64,000 bases of DNA from Magnetococcus sp. DMHC-6 (GCA_039908535.1 JAMOAW010000027.1:10705-74704), one strand, 5' to 3'. Positions 49,836 to 60,031 are shown, counted from the first letter of the stretch. Notes: a model not told the origin generated them from the letters alone. Numbers and translations are program-made.

Positions 49836-52253
49836 TTATCCTTTCTTGGCACTTCTGTTTTGGGCTTGCAGAAAGGCCGCAGCCATCGCACTCTCCAAAG
49901 GATTGCCCTTGGGCGTTTTGTTGAATAGATTTTGAACCATTTGGGCTTGGGATTTTGCCTTTGGTTCTGTTTTTGTTTGTGGTTTCGTGGCTTGGCGTTG
50001 AGTGCGGGAGGGGGAATGGGCGTTTTTATCGCTTTTTTCAGCTTTTTCTGTTGTATTGGGGGTATGCTCTTGGCTTGGGGTCTCCTCCAAACGCATACTT
50101 AAAGCAATACGTCGCCGGGCCGTGTCGATCTCCAGAACACGCACTTTGACCACATCCCCGGTTTTGATGATTTCATGCGGATCTTTGATAAAACGGTCGG
50201 ACATCACCGAAATATGCACCAAACCATCTTGATGTACCCCTAAATCAACAAATGCGCCAAAATTGGTAATGTTGGTGACCACCCCTTCTAAAATCATGCC
50301 GGGTTTTAAATCCTGTAAGGATTCGACCCCCTCTTTAAAAGTAGCGGTTTTAAACTCTGGGCGTGGGTCTCGACCTGGTTTTTCCAATTCAAGCAGAATA
50401 TCTTGGATGGTGGGCTCGCCGAATTGATTATCAACAAAGTCAAACGGGTGGAGGGTGCGCAACAGGGCGTGGTTGCCAATTAACTGTTTTAAGGAGCGAT
50501 TGGTCATGTGCATAATGCGTTCGACTACCGGGTAAGATTCGGGATGGACCGCCGAGGCATCTAAAGGGGTGTCTCCATCGCGAATACGCAAAAAGCCCGC
50601 AGCCAGTTCATAGGTTTTAAGACCAAATCGGGTCACCTTTTTTAATGATTTACGATTGGGAAAGGGGCCAAATTCGTTGCGATGGTTGACAATATTGAGG
50701 GCTAAGGTGGCGTTTAAACCAGAAACCCGCTCCAGTAGAGGGGGAGAGGCGGTGTTGACATCGACCCCAACGGCATTCACCGCGTCCTCTACCACGCCGT
50801 TTAAAGCCTCCATCAGGCTCTTTTCCTCAACATCGTGTTGATACTGCCCAACACCAATCGATTTTGGATCAATTTTTACCAATTCCGCCAGGGGATCTTG
50901 TAGGCGTCTGGCTATGGAGACCGCCCCCCGCAACGTAACATCCAACTCTGGCAGCTCTTTGGAGGCATATTCCGAGGCCGAATAGACCGAAGCTCCAGAT
51001 TCGCTGATCACAATGCTGGTAAGATGCAACTCAGGATGAAGCTTGCGCAGCTCTCCAACCAAGCGATCGGTCTCTCGCGAGGCAGTACCGTTGCCAATGG
51101 CAATGAGTTTAACCTGATAGCGTTTGGCCAACGTAGCCAGTTTTTGCACAGCTTCCAAGGCTTGATTGTGGGGTGGGTGGGGATAGAGGGTATCGGTGGC
51201 ACACACCTTACCCGTGGCATCCACCACCGCCACTTTGACCCCGGTGCGTAAACCAGGGTCTAAACCAATCACCGGAACCTGTCCCGCTGGGGCGGCCAGT
51301 AATAAGTCTTTTAAGTTGTTGGCAAAGACCCGAATGGCCTCTTTGTGAGCCATTTGCGTGAGTTGTTTGATTAAATCGTTTTCTAAATAGCCGCTGATGC
51401 GCTTGCGCCACGCTTGGCGGACTCCTTGTAACATCCAAATGGCCCCAGGGGCTTGACGGTTGCGGAGCTCCAGATGTTGAATGATTCGCTCTTCACAGGT
51501 GGAAGTCTGCTCTTTGCTGAGTTCGGTATCGTCTTCATGTACCAAAACCATACGCAAAACCCCTTCGCTTTTACCTCGCAACATGGCCAGGGCGCGGTGC
51601 GAGGGGATTTTGTTGAGCAATTCTTGAAAATTGAAATAATCGGAAAAGTTGCTACCGCTCTCTTCCTGTCCAGCGATGACGGTGGTTTGAATCACGCCAT
51701 GTTGTTGCAAAATGGTACGTAACTCTCCCAGCAACTGGGCATCTTCAGCTAAAATATCGACGAGAATATCCCGTGCCCCCTCCAGGGCTTGCTCGACGGT
51801 GAGAATGTTTTTGCCCGGATTTATGAATTGTTGCGCTACCTCTTCGGGGCGATCGTTGAGATGGGCCTGGATATGTTGGAAAAGGGGTTCCAAACCAGCC
51901 TCACGGGCAGCGGTGGCCTTGGAGTGCCGTTTCGGACGAAATGGTAAATAAAGATCCTCTAAGCGGGTTTTGGAGTCGGCCGCCAAGATCTCTTGTTCCA
52001 ACTTTGGCGTCAGTTGGCCAGATTCGCGGATACTTTTGAGAATTGCCTCGCGACGGGCCTCCATGTCACGTAGATAGCCTAAGCGTTCCAATAGATAACG
52101 CAGATGGACGTCCGTTAAACTTCCGGTGATCTCTTTGCGGTATCGGGCGATAAACGGCACCGTCGCCCCCTCGTCCAGCAATTGAATGGCGGCGATGACC
52201 TGCTCTTCCCGAACGTCGATCTCTTCGGCAATGCGTTGACTGATGGATTTCAT
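49836..52253 (-). CDS. tex: Transcription accessory protein Tex (YqgF/HhH/S1 domains)
   Basis: N-terminus IAEEIDVREEQVIAAIQLLDEGATVPFIARYRKE. C-terminal S1 domain (GMILEGVVTNITNFGAFVDLG). Confidence 0.9.
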   Translation of the reverse strand: MKSISQRIAEEIDVREEQVIAAIQLLDEGATVPFIARYRKEITGSLTDVHLRYLLERLGYLRDMEARREAILKSIRESGQLTPKLEQEILAADSKTRLEDLYLPFRPKRHSKATAAREAGLEPLFQHIQAHLNDRPEEVAQQFINPGKNILTVEQALEGARDILVDILAEDAQLLGELRTILQQHGVIQTTVIAGQEESGSNFSDYFNFQELLNKIPSHRALAMLRGKSEGVLRMVLVHEDDTELSKEQTSTCEERIIQHLELRNRQAPGAIWMLQGVRQAWRKRISGYLENDLIKQLTQMAHKEAIRVFANNLKDLLLAAPAGQVPVIGLDPGLRTGVKVAVVDATGKVCATDTLYPHPPHNQALEAVQKLATLAKRYQVKLIAIGNGTASRETDRLVGELRKLHPELHLTSIVISESGASVYSASEYASKELPELDVTLRGAVSIARRLQDPLAELVKIDPKSIGVGQYQHDVEEKSLMEALNGVVEDAVNAVGVDVNTASPPLLERVSGLNATLALNIVNHRNEFGPFPNRKSLKKVTRFGLKTYELAAGFLRIRDGDTPLDASAVHPESYPVVERIMHMTNRSLKQLIGNHALLRTLHPFDFVDNQFGEPTIQDILLELEKPGRDPRPEFKTATFKEGVESLQDLKPGMILEGVVTNITNFGAFVDLGVHQDGLVHISVMSDRFIKDPHEIIKTGDVVKVRVLEIDTARRRIALSMRLEETPSQEHTPNTTEKAEKSDKNAHSPSRTQRQATKPQTKTEPKAKSQAQMVQNLFNKTPKGNPLESAMAAAFLQAQNRSAKKG

Positions 52254-52284
52254 GATGCCCTTTCCAGTTTAAAATATATCTTAT

Positions 52285-54399
52285 TTAACAAGGTTGTATG
52301 TGCCGACATTGGGGGTATTGATTACAGCCTAAAAAATGATTGCCTGAATGATGCCCTCTTTTAGCAATGCGTTTAATCAGTTGTCCGGTGTGACATTTTG
52401 GACAGGGCAATAAATCCTCTGGTGATGATTGGGACAAAGAGGGGTCATTGGCTGATGCCGCCTGCTTGTTGGGGGGGCGTCGTCGGGGGCGCGGCATGGC
52501 TTTTGCGGCCGGCTGCGACGACGGTTGATCCATAAAATGGTTTGGTACTCCGGCAAAAATGGGCATTCCTAGACGTTCTTTTTCTTTGACATTGTGAATC
52601 AAACGTTGCACCCAGAAGATGGACTTATTTAAAAATTCTTGCAAGCCTTCCTGAGAGTTGGGCGAATGGGCAATATCATCCAGGGCCTGTTCCCAAACAG
52701 CGGTGGTGGCTGGATCGGTGACACTGTGGGGCAGCATATCCACTAAAGCCCGCCCGGCAGGCTGGCTGAGCAGGCTCTTTTTTCCCTCTTTTACCAAAAG
52801 GCCCCGTTTGAGTAAATTTTCAATGATTGATGCCCGAGTGGCTTCGGTGCCAATACCAGCTGTTTCGCGTAATATTTTACGTAGTCTTGGATCCTCAACT
52901 TGAAGGCCAATATTTTTCATGGCTTGAATCAGGGTGCCTTCGGTATAGCGTTCAGGTGGTTTGGTCTGCTTTTCGTGCATTTGCGCATCAACCACCTGCA
53001 CGGGTTGGCCAATTTGGACCTGGGGCAGGGGGTGGGTATCTTCTTGCTCGGCGGATTTTTTATCTTCTTGGCGCAACACTTGTTTCCAGCCAGCAATTTT
53101 TTCCACCCGGCCCGAAGCCCGAAATAATTCTTGTTGGATCAGAGCCTGAAGAATGGTTTGGTCATATTCAAAAGCGGGAAAAAATTGTGCTAGATAATGG
53201 CGACGAATGAGATCATAAACCTGTTTCTCCTCATGGGACATGTTTTCCAAATGGACCTTGGACCCGGTTGGAATAATGGCATGGTGGGCAGTGATTTTGG
53301 TATCGTTCCAGGCCTTTGAAATCAGAGAACTATCTGCGGCTTGAATCAAAGGGATTAAAGAGGGATCGGATTGGGTTAAAGCCGCAAAAATAGTAGGGAC
53401 ATCATTTCGTTGTGAGCAGGGTAGATAGCGGCAGTCGGTACGCGGATAGGTGATGGCCTTGTGTTTTTCATAAAGAGCCTGTGCGACCTCCAGGAGGCGT
53501 TGCGCCCCCATTCCCCAGCGTCTGGAGGCCTCTTGTTGCAGAGTAGAGAGTTCCAAGGGCAGGGGGGGGGATTCTTGTTTTCTTTTGGTCTCGGCACTTT
53601 GGATTACGCCCGTTTGACCCTGAACCTTGGTGACGACTTGGTCTGCTAACTCTTTATTGAGGCAGCGGCCTTCTTCATCGGTGTGGGCTTTGGGCGGGAT
53701 CCATTTGGCCTGAAATTGGCCTTTTTCAACCTGCAATTGTACCAAAACATCAAAATAGGCCACGGGTTTAAAATTTTCAATCAATCGATCCCGATCCACC
53801 ACCAATTTTAAGGTGGGGGTTTGGACGCGACCGACGGTTAAAACCCCCTGATATCCGTTACGCTGTCCCAAGAGGGTATAGGCGCGGGAGAGATTCATAC
53901 CTACCAACCAATCCGCTCGTGATCGACCCAGTCCGGCAAGATAGAGGGGTTCGGTCTGCTGACCAGGAAGCAAAGTCGCCAATGCTTTGCGAATGCTCGC
54001 CTCATCAAGTGCAGAGAGCCATAAACGGGAGATTTTGCCTCGATATAAACAGTATTCCAACACCTCACGACCGATGGTCTCCCCTTCGCGATCGGCATCC
54101 GTGGCCAAAACGACTTCGTGGACCCCTTTTAACAACCCTTTGATAATTTTTAATTGTTTGCTCACCTGGGAGCGGACTTCTAATTGCCAATGTTCTGGAA
54201 TAATGGGAAGGGTGTGCAGTTGCCAAGTTTTCCATTCTGGTTTGTAGGCATCCGGGGAGAGTAACTCCAGAAGGTGTCCAATGCACCAAGTGACTTGGGA
54301 GCCGCTTCCCTCCAGGTAGCCATCGCGTTTGCCCGTTGCACCTAAAACAGAAGCAATATCACGGGCTTGGGAGGGCTTTTCACATAGGTATAAAATCAT
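52285..54399 (-). CDS. topB: DNA topoisomerase III with C-terminal zinc-ribbon
   Basis: MILYLCEKPSQARDIA, Toprim DADREGE, active-site region ITYPRTDCRYL, and C-terminal CPKC...GCNQYPQC. ATG at 54399; the track start at 54408 is a TTG. Confidence 0.85.
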   Translation of the reverse strand: MILYLCEKPSQARDIASVLGATGKRDGYLEGSGSQVTWCIGHLLELLSPDAYKPEWKTWQLHTLPIIPEHWQLEVRSQVSKQLKIIKGLLKGVHEVVLATDADREGETIGREVLEYCLYRGKISRLWLSALDEASIRKALATLLPGQQTEPLYLAGLGRSRADWLVGMNLSRAYTLLGQRNGYQGVLTVGRVQTPTLKLVVDRDRLIENFKPVAYFDVLVQLQVEKGQFQAKWIPPKAHTDEEGRCLNKELADQVVTKVQGQTGVIQSAETKRKQESPPLPLELSTLQQEASRRWGMGAQRLLEVAQALYEKHKAITYPRTDCRYLPCSQRNDVPTIFAALTQSDPSLIPLIQAADSSLISKAWNDTKITAHHAIIPTGSKVHLENMSHEEKQVYDLIRRHYLAQFFPAFEYDQTILQALIQQELFRASGRVEKIAGWKQVLRQEDKKSAEQEDTHPLPQVQIGQPVQVVDAQMHEKQTKPPERYTEGTLIQAMKNIGLQVEDPRLRKILRETAGIGTEATRASIIENLLKRGLLVKEGKKSLLSQPAGRALVDMLPHSVTDPATTAVWEQALDDIAHSPNSQEGLQEFLNKSIFWVQRLIHNVKEKERLGMPIFAGVPNHFMDQPSSQPAAKAMPRPRRRPPNKQAASANDPSLSQSSPEDLLPCPKCHTGQLIKRIAKRGHHSGNHFLGCNQYPQCRHIQPC

Positions 54400-54428
54400 A
54401 AGATCCAAGAACTATAAAAAGTTGTATA

Positions 54429-55055
54429 TCAGAACAATTTAAACATTTTGCCAAGCATACCTGTAATCGATATGGCCGAAAACAGAATGGCAAAAGTAAA
54501 AAGTCGAATGGTGAGCATGCGATTTTCCCGCAAACCGGCATCAATTTTAACATCAATGCGTTCCAATAATTTGTCCAATTTGTTACCAACTTCTTTAATT
54601 TCAACATGCATTTCTTCGAAGCGTTTGTCCACCTGTTCGAAGCGTTTGTCCACCTGTTCGAAGCGTTTGTCCACCTGTTCGAATCGTGTATTTATATCGA
54701 GACGGTTTTTATTAAAATTTTCTTTTGTATCTGTCCTCAAATCATCAATACGTTTATCGATCTGTTCGAAGCGATTATCTACCTGTTCAAACCGTGTGTT
54801 TATATCGAGACGGCTTTTATTAAAGTTTTCTTTTGTATCTGTTCTCAGTCCATCAATATGTTTATCTAATTGTTCAAATTGATATTTTGTATCTTTTTTG
54901 AACTCGTTAAGTTCGGTACGGACATGAAGGATATCATGTTGCAGGTGGTCGAAGCGAACTTCGAGATATTTGGTTGTTGGAACAAAATTAGCGAGCAACA
55001 TATCGATTGTTTTTTTGTCTAAAGGCAAGCTAATTGGATTTTCCTGTTCAGTCAT
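54429..55055 (-). CDS. Heptad tandem-repeat (DKRFEQV) coiled-coil protein with C-terminal membrane anchor
   Basis: 208 aa. RFEQVDKRFEQVDKRFEQVDKRFEEM and a duplicated ~39-aa unit. C-terminal TM LTIRLFTFAILFSAISITGMLG. Paralogous in architecture to 26518-27113. Confidence 0.7.
   Translation of the reverse strand: MTEQENPISLPLDKKTIDMLLANFVPTTKYLEVRFDHLQHDILHVRTELNEFKKDTKYQFEQLDKHIDGLRTDTKENFNKSRLDINTRFEQVDNRFEQIDKRIDDLRTDTKENFNKNRLDINTRFEQVDKRFEQVDKRFEQVDKRFEEMHVEIKEVGNKLDKLLERIDVKIDAGLRENRMLTIRLFTFAILFSAISITGMLGKMFKLF
54615..54677 (-). repeat. Three exact 21-nt tandem units (ttcgaagcgtttgtccacctg on the + strand)
   Basis: Read directly from the sequence. Encodes (QVDKRFE)x3. Confidence 0.95.
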
Positions 55056-55146
55056 TTTATCTTCTCCTCTTCCACCGGATCGTTTTCAGACATATTAGAA
55101 TTTTAAAATAAAACAGCAAAGGAAGTCCAACATAAAATGCACTGGA

Positions 55147-58100
55147 TTAGAGGTTCCCTTGGATCATCTTGAGCAATTCCGTGGCTGAGAGCTTACCGCT
55201 TATTTCTCCCCCTTCAAGCAATCCGTCGGCTAAGTCGCGTTTATGTTTGTGGAGATCGACGATTTTTTCTTCGATGGAGTTTTTGGTGACCAATCGATAA
55301 ATGGTGACCGGGCGTTGTTGACCGATGCGGTGGGCGCGGTCCGAGGCTTGGTCTTCCACGGCTGGGTTCCACCATGGATCCATATGAATGACATAATCGG
55401 CGGCGGTCAGATTGATTCCCAATCCACCCGCCTTTAGACTGATTAAAAAGAGATCGCCTTCCCCAGATTGAAAGGCCTCTACCCGTTTTTTGCGCTCTTT
55501 AGCGGGGGTGGAGCCGTCTAAAAATTGATAGAACACCTTTTTTTGATCGAGAAGTTGGCGGACGATGGTTAGATGATCGACAAATTGGCTAAATACCAAT
55601 ACCTTATGGCGGTTTTCCAATAAATTTTCTACCACCTCCCAGAAAAGCAATAATTTACTGCTTATAATGGGACTGTCTGGCAAGACCAGACGACTGTTGC
55701 AGCAGGCCCGTCGCAACCGCATGATTTGCGCCAAAATTTGCAAATGGTTGTGTGCCATTGGTCCTTGAAAATTTTCGATCTCCTCAATAGCCTGTCTACG
55801 AATAGATTCGTAAAAGGCGGTCTCTTCTGGGCTCATCTCCACCTGCAAGGTGATTTCGGTGCGTGGGGGTAGTTCGTCCAGAACTTGGCTTTTGGTACGG
55901 CGTAATATAAAGGGTTGGATCAATTTTTTTAAGCGATGCCGGGCTTCGGAATGGGGGTCACGTTCAATGGAAGCGGCAAAACGTTCGTTAAACCGTTCCA
56001 GAGTGCCCAGTAGTCCTGGATTGATAAATTGAAATAAATTCCAAAATTCCCCAAGATGATTTTCAATAGGGGTCCCTGTGGTGACCATTTTAAAGGCTGC
56101 TTTGAGATTCATGACCGCTTTGGAGCGTTTGGTCAGACGGTTTTTGATGGCCTGCGCTTCGTCCACCACCAACACGTTCCAGTTTATTGTAGCGAAAAGA
56201 TCGGCCTCTTGTTGTAGTAAACCATAACTGCAAATCATGAGGTCAAAGGGGCGCAGCTCTTGTAATATTTGCGTCCGTTGGGTGCCACCAAATAGAATTC
56301 CGTTGAGGGTAGGGGCAAAGCGGAGGATTTCGGTTTGCCAGTTCATGCAGACCGAGGTGGGGGCGATTACCAAGGAGGGGCCTTGTTGGGCTCTTGAGAG
56401 GAGTAATGCCATGGTCTGTACGGTTTTTCCCAATCCCATGTCGTCGGCCAAACAGGCCCCAACCCCCCAGGCGGCCAAACGGGAGAGCCAACGATAGCCT
56501 ACCTGTTGATAATCCCGCAGTTCGGTTTGTAAGGTGGAGGGCAGCGGTGGATCCAGGGTTTGGGCTTGATCCACCCGTTTGAGATGGGCTTTCCAATGGT
56601 TGTCGGACCTGAAGGCTCCTGCCTCTTGGCTCAATTCGCGGAGAAGGGGGCCAGCCAGGGGGTGAAAACGTTGACCTTGCGCACTTTTTTCTGAAAAAGC
56701 CTCCATATCCAGTAACCGCTTGCGAAAGGCCTCGGTCAGGGTGATAAATTCATGGTTGCCAATGGGGATAAAGCGGCTCTCTTTTTTGTGTAGGAGTTCT
56801 AGGAGTTCTCCCATTTCTAAAATGAGCGTTTCATCAATGTGTAATTGGCCAGTGAGGGCAAACCAATTTTGGTCACGTTTGACCTGAATGCGCAGTTTAT
56901 CCATGGTGATTGGAGGACGCACGCGCATTTTTTCTCCTTCGGGCCACTCCACCACCACCTGATCATTGAGCGTTTGCAGTTGTAAGAGCAACTCTAAACA
57001 ATGGTCGGGGTCGTCCAATTGCCACTGCCCGGGTTCTCTCTCGCTGCCGACCAATTGGGGGCAGAGGGTGAGTAACTGTTGCAAGCGTTTTTTTTCTTCA
57101 TCCAACTGGCGATGGGTTTGTACCCGTTGCCCTTTGATTTCGGCCAGAATAGTCTGTCCCCCCTGCCCAGGAAGAAAGGTGGGGCCTTCATCGGTAAAAG
57201 GGCGTACTAAAAGGTTTATTTTTAAACCATCCCCAAGGGGAGAGAGGGAAAGATGGGGTCTGGAATCGGCAGGAACTTCAGTTAAATTTTCAACACCGCC
57301 TCCAATATGGGATTGCACAGTGACCAACGATGCCAGAGAGTGCATGGCCTCTAAGACCCGTTGTTGCTCCTGGGCGGGAATTTCGAGTCCCTTTTCCCCT
57401 AAAATATCGGCAATGCGTTTGTGGGCTGGGGTAATTTCGATCACTTTGCAGCGGGTTGGGGAGACCTTGCGAAAAATTACGCCAAGATGTTCAATTTTTT
57501 CCGAGAAATTCATCAGGACCACCCCTTTGGACCGATTGACTAACAATTCTGGTTCGGCCTGAACCACCTCTAAATTGAGTTCAGGCTGATCTTCCCAAAA
57601 GAGCATTGGATGGCCGACCAAGGCCAAGAGCAAACGATCCTTAGAAAATGAATAAAAGGTGCCGCCAAAAGCTGGGGTCTCTTGAACAATGGTGGCGCAA
57701 ATTTTGCGATCATGATCGCTTAAAAAATCCAAATGTTGGGTCTCCTCGTACAACCTGTTTAAGGCGACTGGGCGACCCTTGGTCCATCCTTTGCCATGGG
57801 TATTGGTCTGCAAGAGGGGTTGTATGCTGACTTGATGACCGAGAAGTTGCAGCATCCAAATCAATCGGGTTTGGGTGGCACTGGTGGGTTGATGAGAAGA
57901 TTTTCCACTGCCATCGCCCCCTATGGAGATCAAGGCCTTTAAGGCCCGTTCCCAGCGTTCCTCTTTGGCGACAATGGTCATCATGCTTTGTAGACCGGTG
58001 TTGGCCTGTACGGTAGCGGCGAATTCGGCAGCGGCACTGTTTTTCGGTTGGAGCAGGGCCAACAAAGAGGCCGCCTCCATGGCTGCCCATTGGTAGCCAT

Positions 58101-59385
58101 TTTTTTTGGCCTGATTAAAAATAACTTCCAACTCATAAGGTTTGGCGCGGGCATATTCTTGATCGATCCAAATGCGGGCCATAACTTGAAAGAGTTTGGT
58201 AAAAAGGGTCTCATTCTTTGAAGTTAAACGTTTTAAATCGCCATTATTCAAAGAGACGGCATCCATCAACAGCCCCGTTTCCAGAAGAATAATGGCTTTT
58301 CTGGTTTCATTGTTTTGCGCCAGGAATACCGCATCCATAAAACGCAGACTGGGAATGGTGTTTTGCAGTTTGAGATCGCGAATTAAAATTAAAAATTCTT
58401 CTAAACGATGATATTGTCCGGGATCACCGGTTTTGAGTAACGCCAATAAAAAAAAGAGTCCACCTAAGTCAGGGAAAAAAATTTTACGTTTACGAGTAGA
58501 TCTCTTGAGTTCCAAAAAGGCCGTTTCAAATGCTTCCAAAGCCATATCGTTTTTGCCAAGCAGGAAATAGATCCAACCTTGCAAAGAGGAGTGATGCATA
58601 ATAGACAATTCGCCATCTAAAATTTTTTGAGCCAGCGCGATTTGTCCTTGAAAAATGAGGGTCATGACTAATAGATAACGAAATCGTCCGGCAATAATGC
58701 TGTCAGAACATTGTTTATGATAGAGATGTAGGAGAGGCAGCAGAGACGTGACGTTTTCAAATTGACTTAAAAGATAAGGGACCATCTCTTCCAGAACCAT
58801 TGCCTGGATGGTCAAAGGTAACGTCTGAAACCAATTTATATCGAAGGGATATCCACACGCAGTGGTCAAGAGTGGATTGAGTTTGGTCTCTTTTGGAAAT
58901 TGATTTTGGCATAAGGTGATATAAAATTCCATCTGTTTGAGGTTATGGTCAAACAGGGCCAAGCGAATTTCTCGGATGCCACGGGTAAAACTGTGTAATT
59001 TTTTGGCTTGGGTATAATAAACGCGTATGGCGGGTAACTCTGTCTGGATCACCCTGGCCAACTCCTGAAACCGTCCCTCTTGGATAGCCAGATGGGTGGC
59101 AAAGGTCAAGAGTGGTGTTGCACAGCGAAATTGATTCAAAGAGGCATCCTCTTGTTCTAGTAAGCCCAAACGGTACAATTTGGCCAGAATGGTTTTTAAT
59201 TCATTATTGGTCAGAGGTAAATTTTTCTCCCCGCGAATGGGTGTGGCCTGAAGAATTCGGGTCAGATTGGTGGCATGGATTGATTCCATCAAAATGGCCA
59301 GAAATTGGATGACTTCTCGTTCGATTTGGGTTGTTTTATTAAAGTGTTCCAACCAAGAGGGGGTGTTAAGGTCTAAAGAAGTCAT
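55147..59385 (-). CDS. SNF2-family helicase (about 1412 aa) with a ~900-aa uncharacterised N-terminal region
   Basis: Motif I LADDMGLGKT, motif II DEAQAIKN, motif VI DPWWNPAVEDQASDRAHRIGQ. ATG at 59385; the track start at 59409 is a TTG. Confidence 0.85.
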   Translation of the reverse strand: MTSLDLNTPSWLEHFNKTTQIEREVIQFLAILMESIHATNLTRILQATPIRGEKNLPLTNNELKTILAKLYRLGLLEQEDASLNQFRCATPLLTFATHLAIQEGRFQELARVIQTELPAIRVYYTQAKKLHSFTRGIREIRLALFDHNLKQMEFYITLCQNQFPKETKLNPLLTTACGYPFDINWFQTLPLTIQAMVLEEMVPYLLSQFENVTSLLPLLHLYHKQCSDSIIAGRFRYLLVMTLIFQGQIALAQKILDGELSIMHHSSLQGWIYFLLGKNDMALEAFETAFLELKRSTRKRKIFFPDLGGLFFLLALLKTGDPGQYHRLEEFLILIRDLKLQNTIPSLRFMDAVFLAQNNETRKAIILLETGLLMDAVSLNNGDLKRLTSKNETLFTKLFQVMARIWIDQEYARAKPYELEVIFNQAKKNGYQWAAMEAASLLALLQPKNSAAAEFAATVQANTGLQSMMTIVAKEERWERALKALISIGGDGSGKSSHQPTSATQTRLIWMLQLLGHQVSIQPLLQTNTHGKGWTKGRPVALNRLYEETQHLDFLSDHDRKICATIVQETPAFGGTFYSFSKDRLLLALVGHPMLFWEDQPELNLEVVQAEPELLVNRSKGVVLMNFSEKIEHLGVIFRKVSPTRCKVIEITPAHKRIADILGEKGLEIPAQEQQRVLEAMHSLASLVTVQSHIGGGVENLTEVPADSRPHLSLSPLGDGLKINLLVRPFTDEGPTFLPGQGGQTILAEIKGQRVQTHRQLDEEKKRLQQLLTLCPQLVGSEREPGQWQLDDPDHCLELLLQLQTLNDQVVVEWPEGEKMRVRPPITMDKLRIQVKRDQNWFALTGQLHIDETLILEMGELLELLHKKESRFIPIGNHEFITLTEAFRKRLLDMEAFSEKSAQGQRFHPLAGPLLRELSQEAGAFRSDNHWKAHLKRVDQAQTLDPPLPSTLQTELRDYQQVGYRWLSRLAAWGVGACLADDMGLGKTVQTMALLLSRAQQGPSLVIAPTSVCMNWQTEILRFAPTLNGILFGGTQRTQILQELRPFDLMICSYGLLQQEADLFATINWNVLVVDEAQAIKNRLTKRSKAVMNLKAAFKMVTTGTPIENHLGEFWNLFQFINPGLLGTLERFNERFAASIERDPHSEARHRLKKLIQPFILRRTKSQVLDELPPRTEITLQVEMSPEETAFYESIRRQAIEEIENFQGPMAHNHLQILAQIMRLRRACCNSRLVLPDSPIISSKLLLFWEVVENLLENRHKVLVFSQFVDHLTIVRQLLDQKKVFYQFLDGSTPAKERKKRVEAFQSGEGDLFLISLKAGGLGINLTAADYVIHMDPWWNPAVEDQASDRAHRIGQQRPVTIYRLVTKNSIEEKIVDLHKHKRDLADGLLEGGEISGKLSATELLKMIQGNL

Positions 59386-59466
59386 CGTTTTTTTCCAGTG
59401 GATCACCAAAGGTTCTGGTTGAGGTTTAATGAAGGGGAGATGGGTGATTCTACATAGGTGCCAAAT

Positions 59467-59497
59467 GGATAATTGCGATACCTTTTCGCTATTATCC
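59467..59497. promoter_or_regulatory. 12-bp-arm inverted repeat (possible operator) upstream of the SNF2 gene
   Basis: GGATAATTGCGA-taccttt-TCGCTATTATCC, with one mismatch between the arms. Confidence 0.25.
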
Positions 59498-59735
59498 CTC
59501 AGAATAAGTTTTTAACGAAGTATTTTTATCGCACAAGGATTAAAAGAGCCAGAATATTTTAGTTTTAGTGGCTTTTTGTGAAAAATTTTAGATTTAGATA
59601 GGCTGAACTGGAAACGGGTAAAAATTTTTAGTATTGATGGAATGAGAAAATGTTTTTTTATTTGTAATTATTTGTTTTTATTTATAAAAAATTTTTTTTA
59701 TGTATGGATCTTCTTGTTTTTGAGTGAAAATTAAA

Positions 59736-59764
59736 TTGACAAAAAGCTTTTTTTAGTGTAAAAA
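59736..59764 (+). promoter_or_regulatory. Near-consensus sigma-70 promoter facing the giant lipoprotein gene
   Basis: TTGACA-17 nt-TAAAAT in a very AT-rich intergenic region. Confidence 0.45.
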
Positions 59765-60031
59765 TCAAAATTAGAATTTGTGGTGCAATTGAGAATAGAA
59801 ACTATATTTTTTTAAAATTTTACGATCTGCTTGTTTTTTTTTATATATTCCATAAAAATTTTTTTCTTTTTTATTAAGGGTGTCTTTTGGATGCCGAATT
59901 TTTTCTTTTATGTTTGTTTGACGAGTTGTTTTGCCGATAAAGTTTCCTGCCTTCCATCCGATTTTCCCAAATCCAGCGACGAATACCGTGCTATCAGATC
60001 ATTTTCAACCCGAGGGGTATAAGGTTAAGCT

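Noticed and set aside
52285-59385. Calling the SNF2-topB region a phage-defence island (DISARM/BREX-like).
   Set aside because: Only the helicase component is present. No methyltransferase, phospholipase-D nuclease, PglZ, or other signature partner is visible, and tex is a housekeeping gene.
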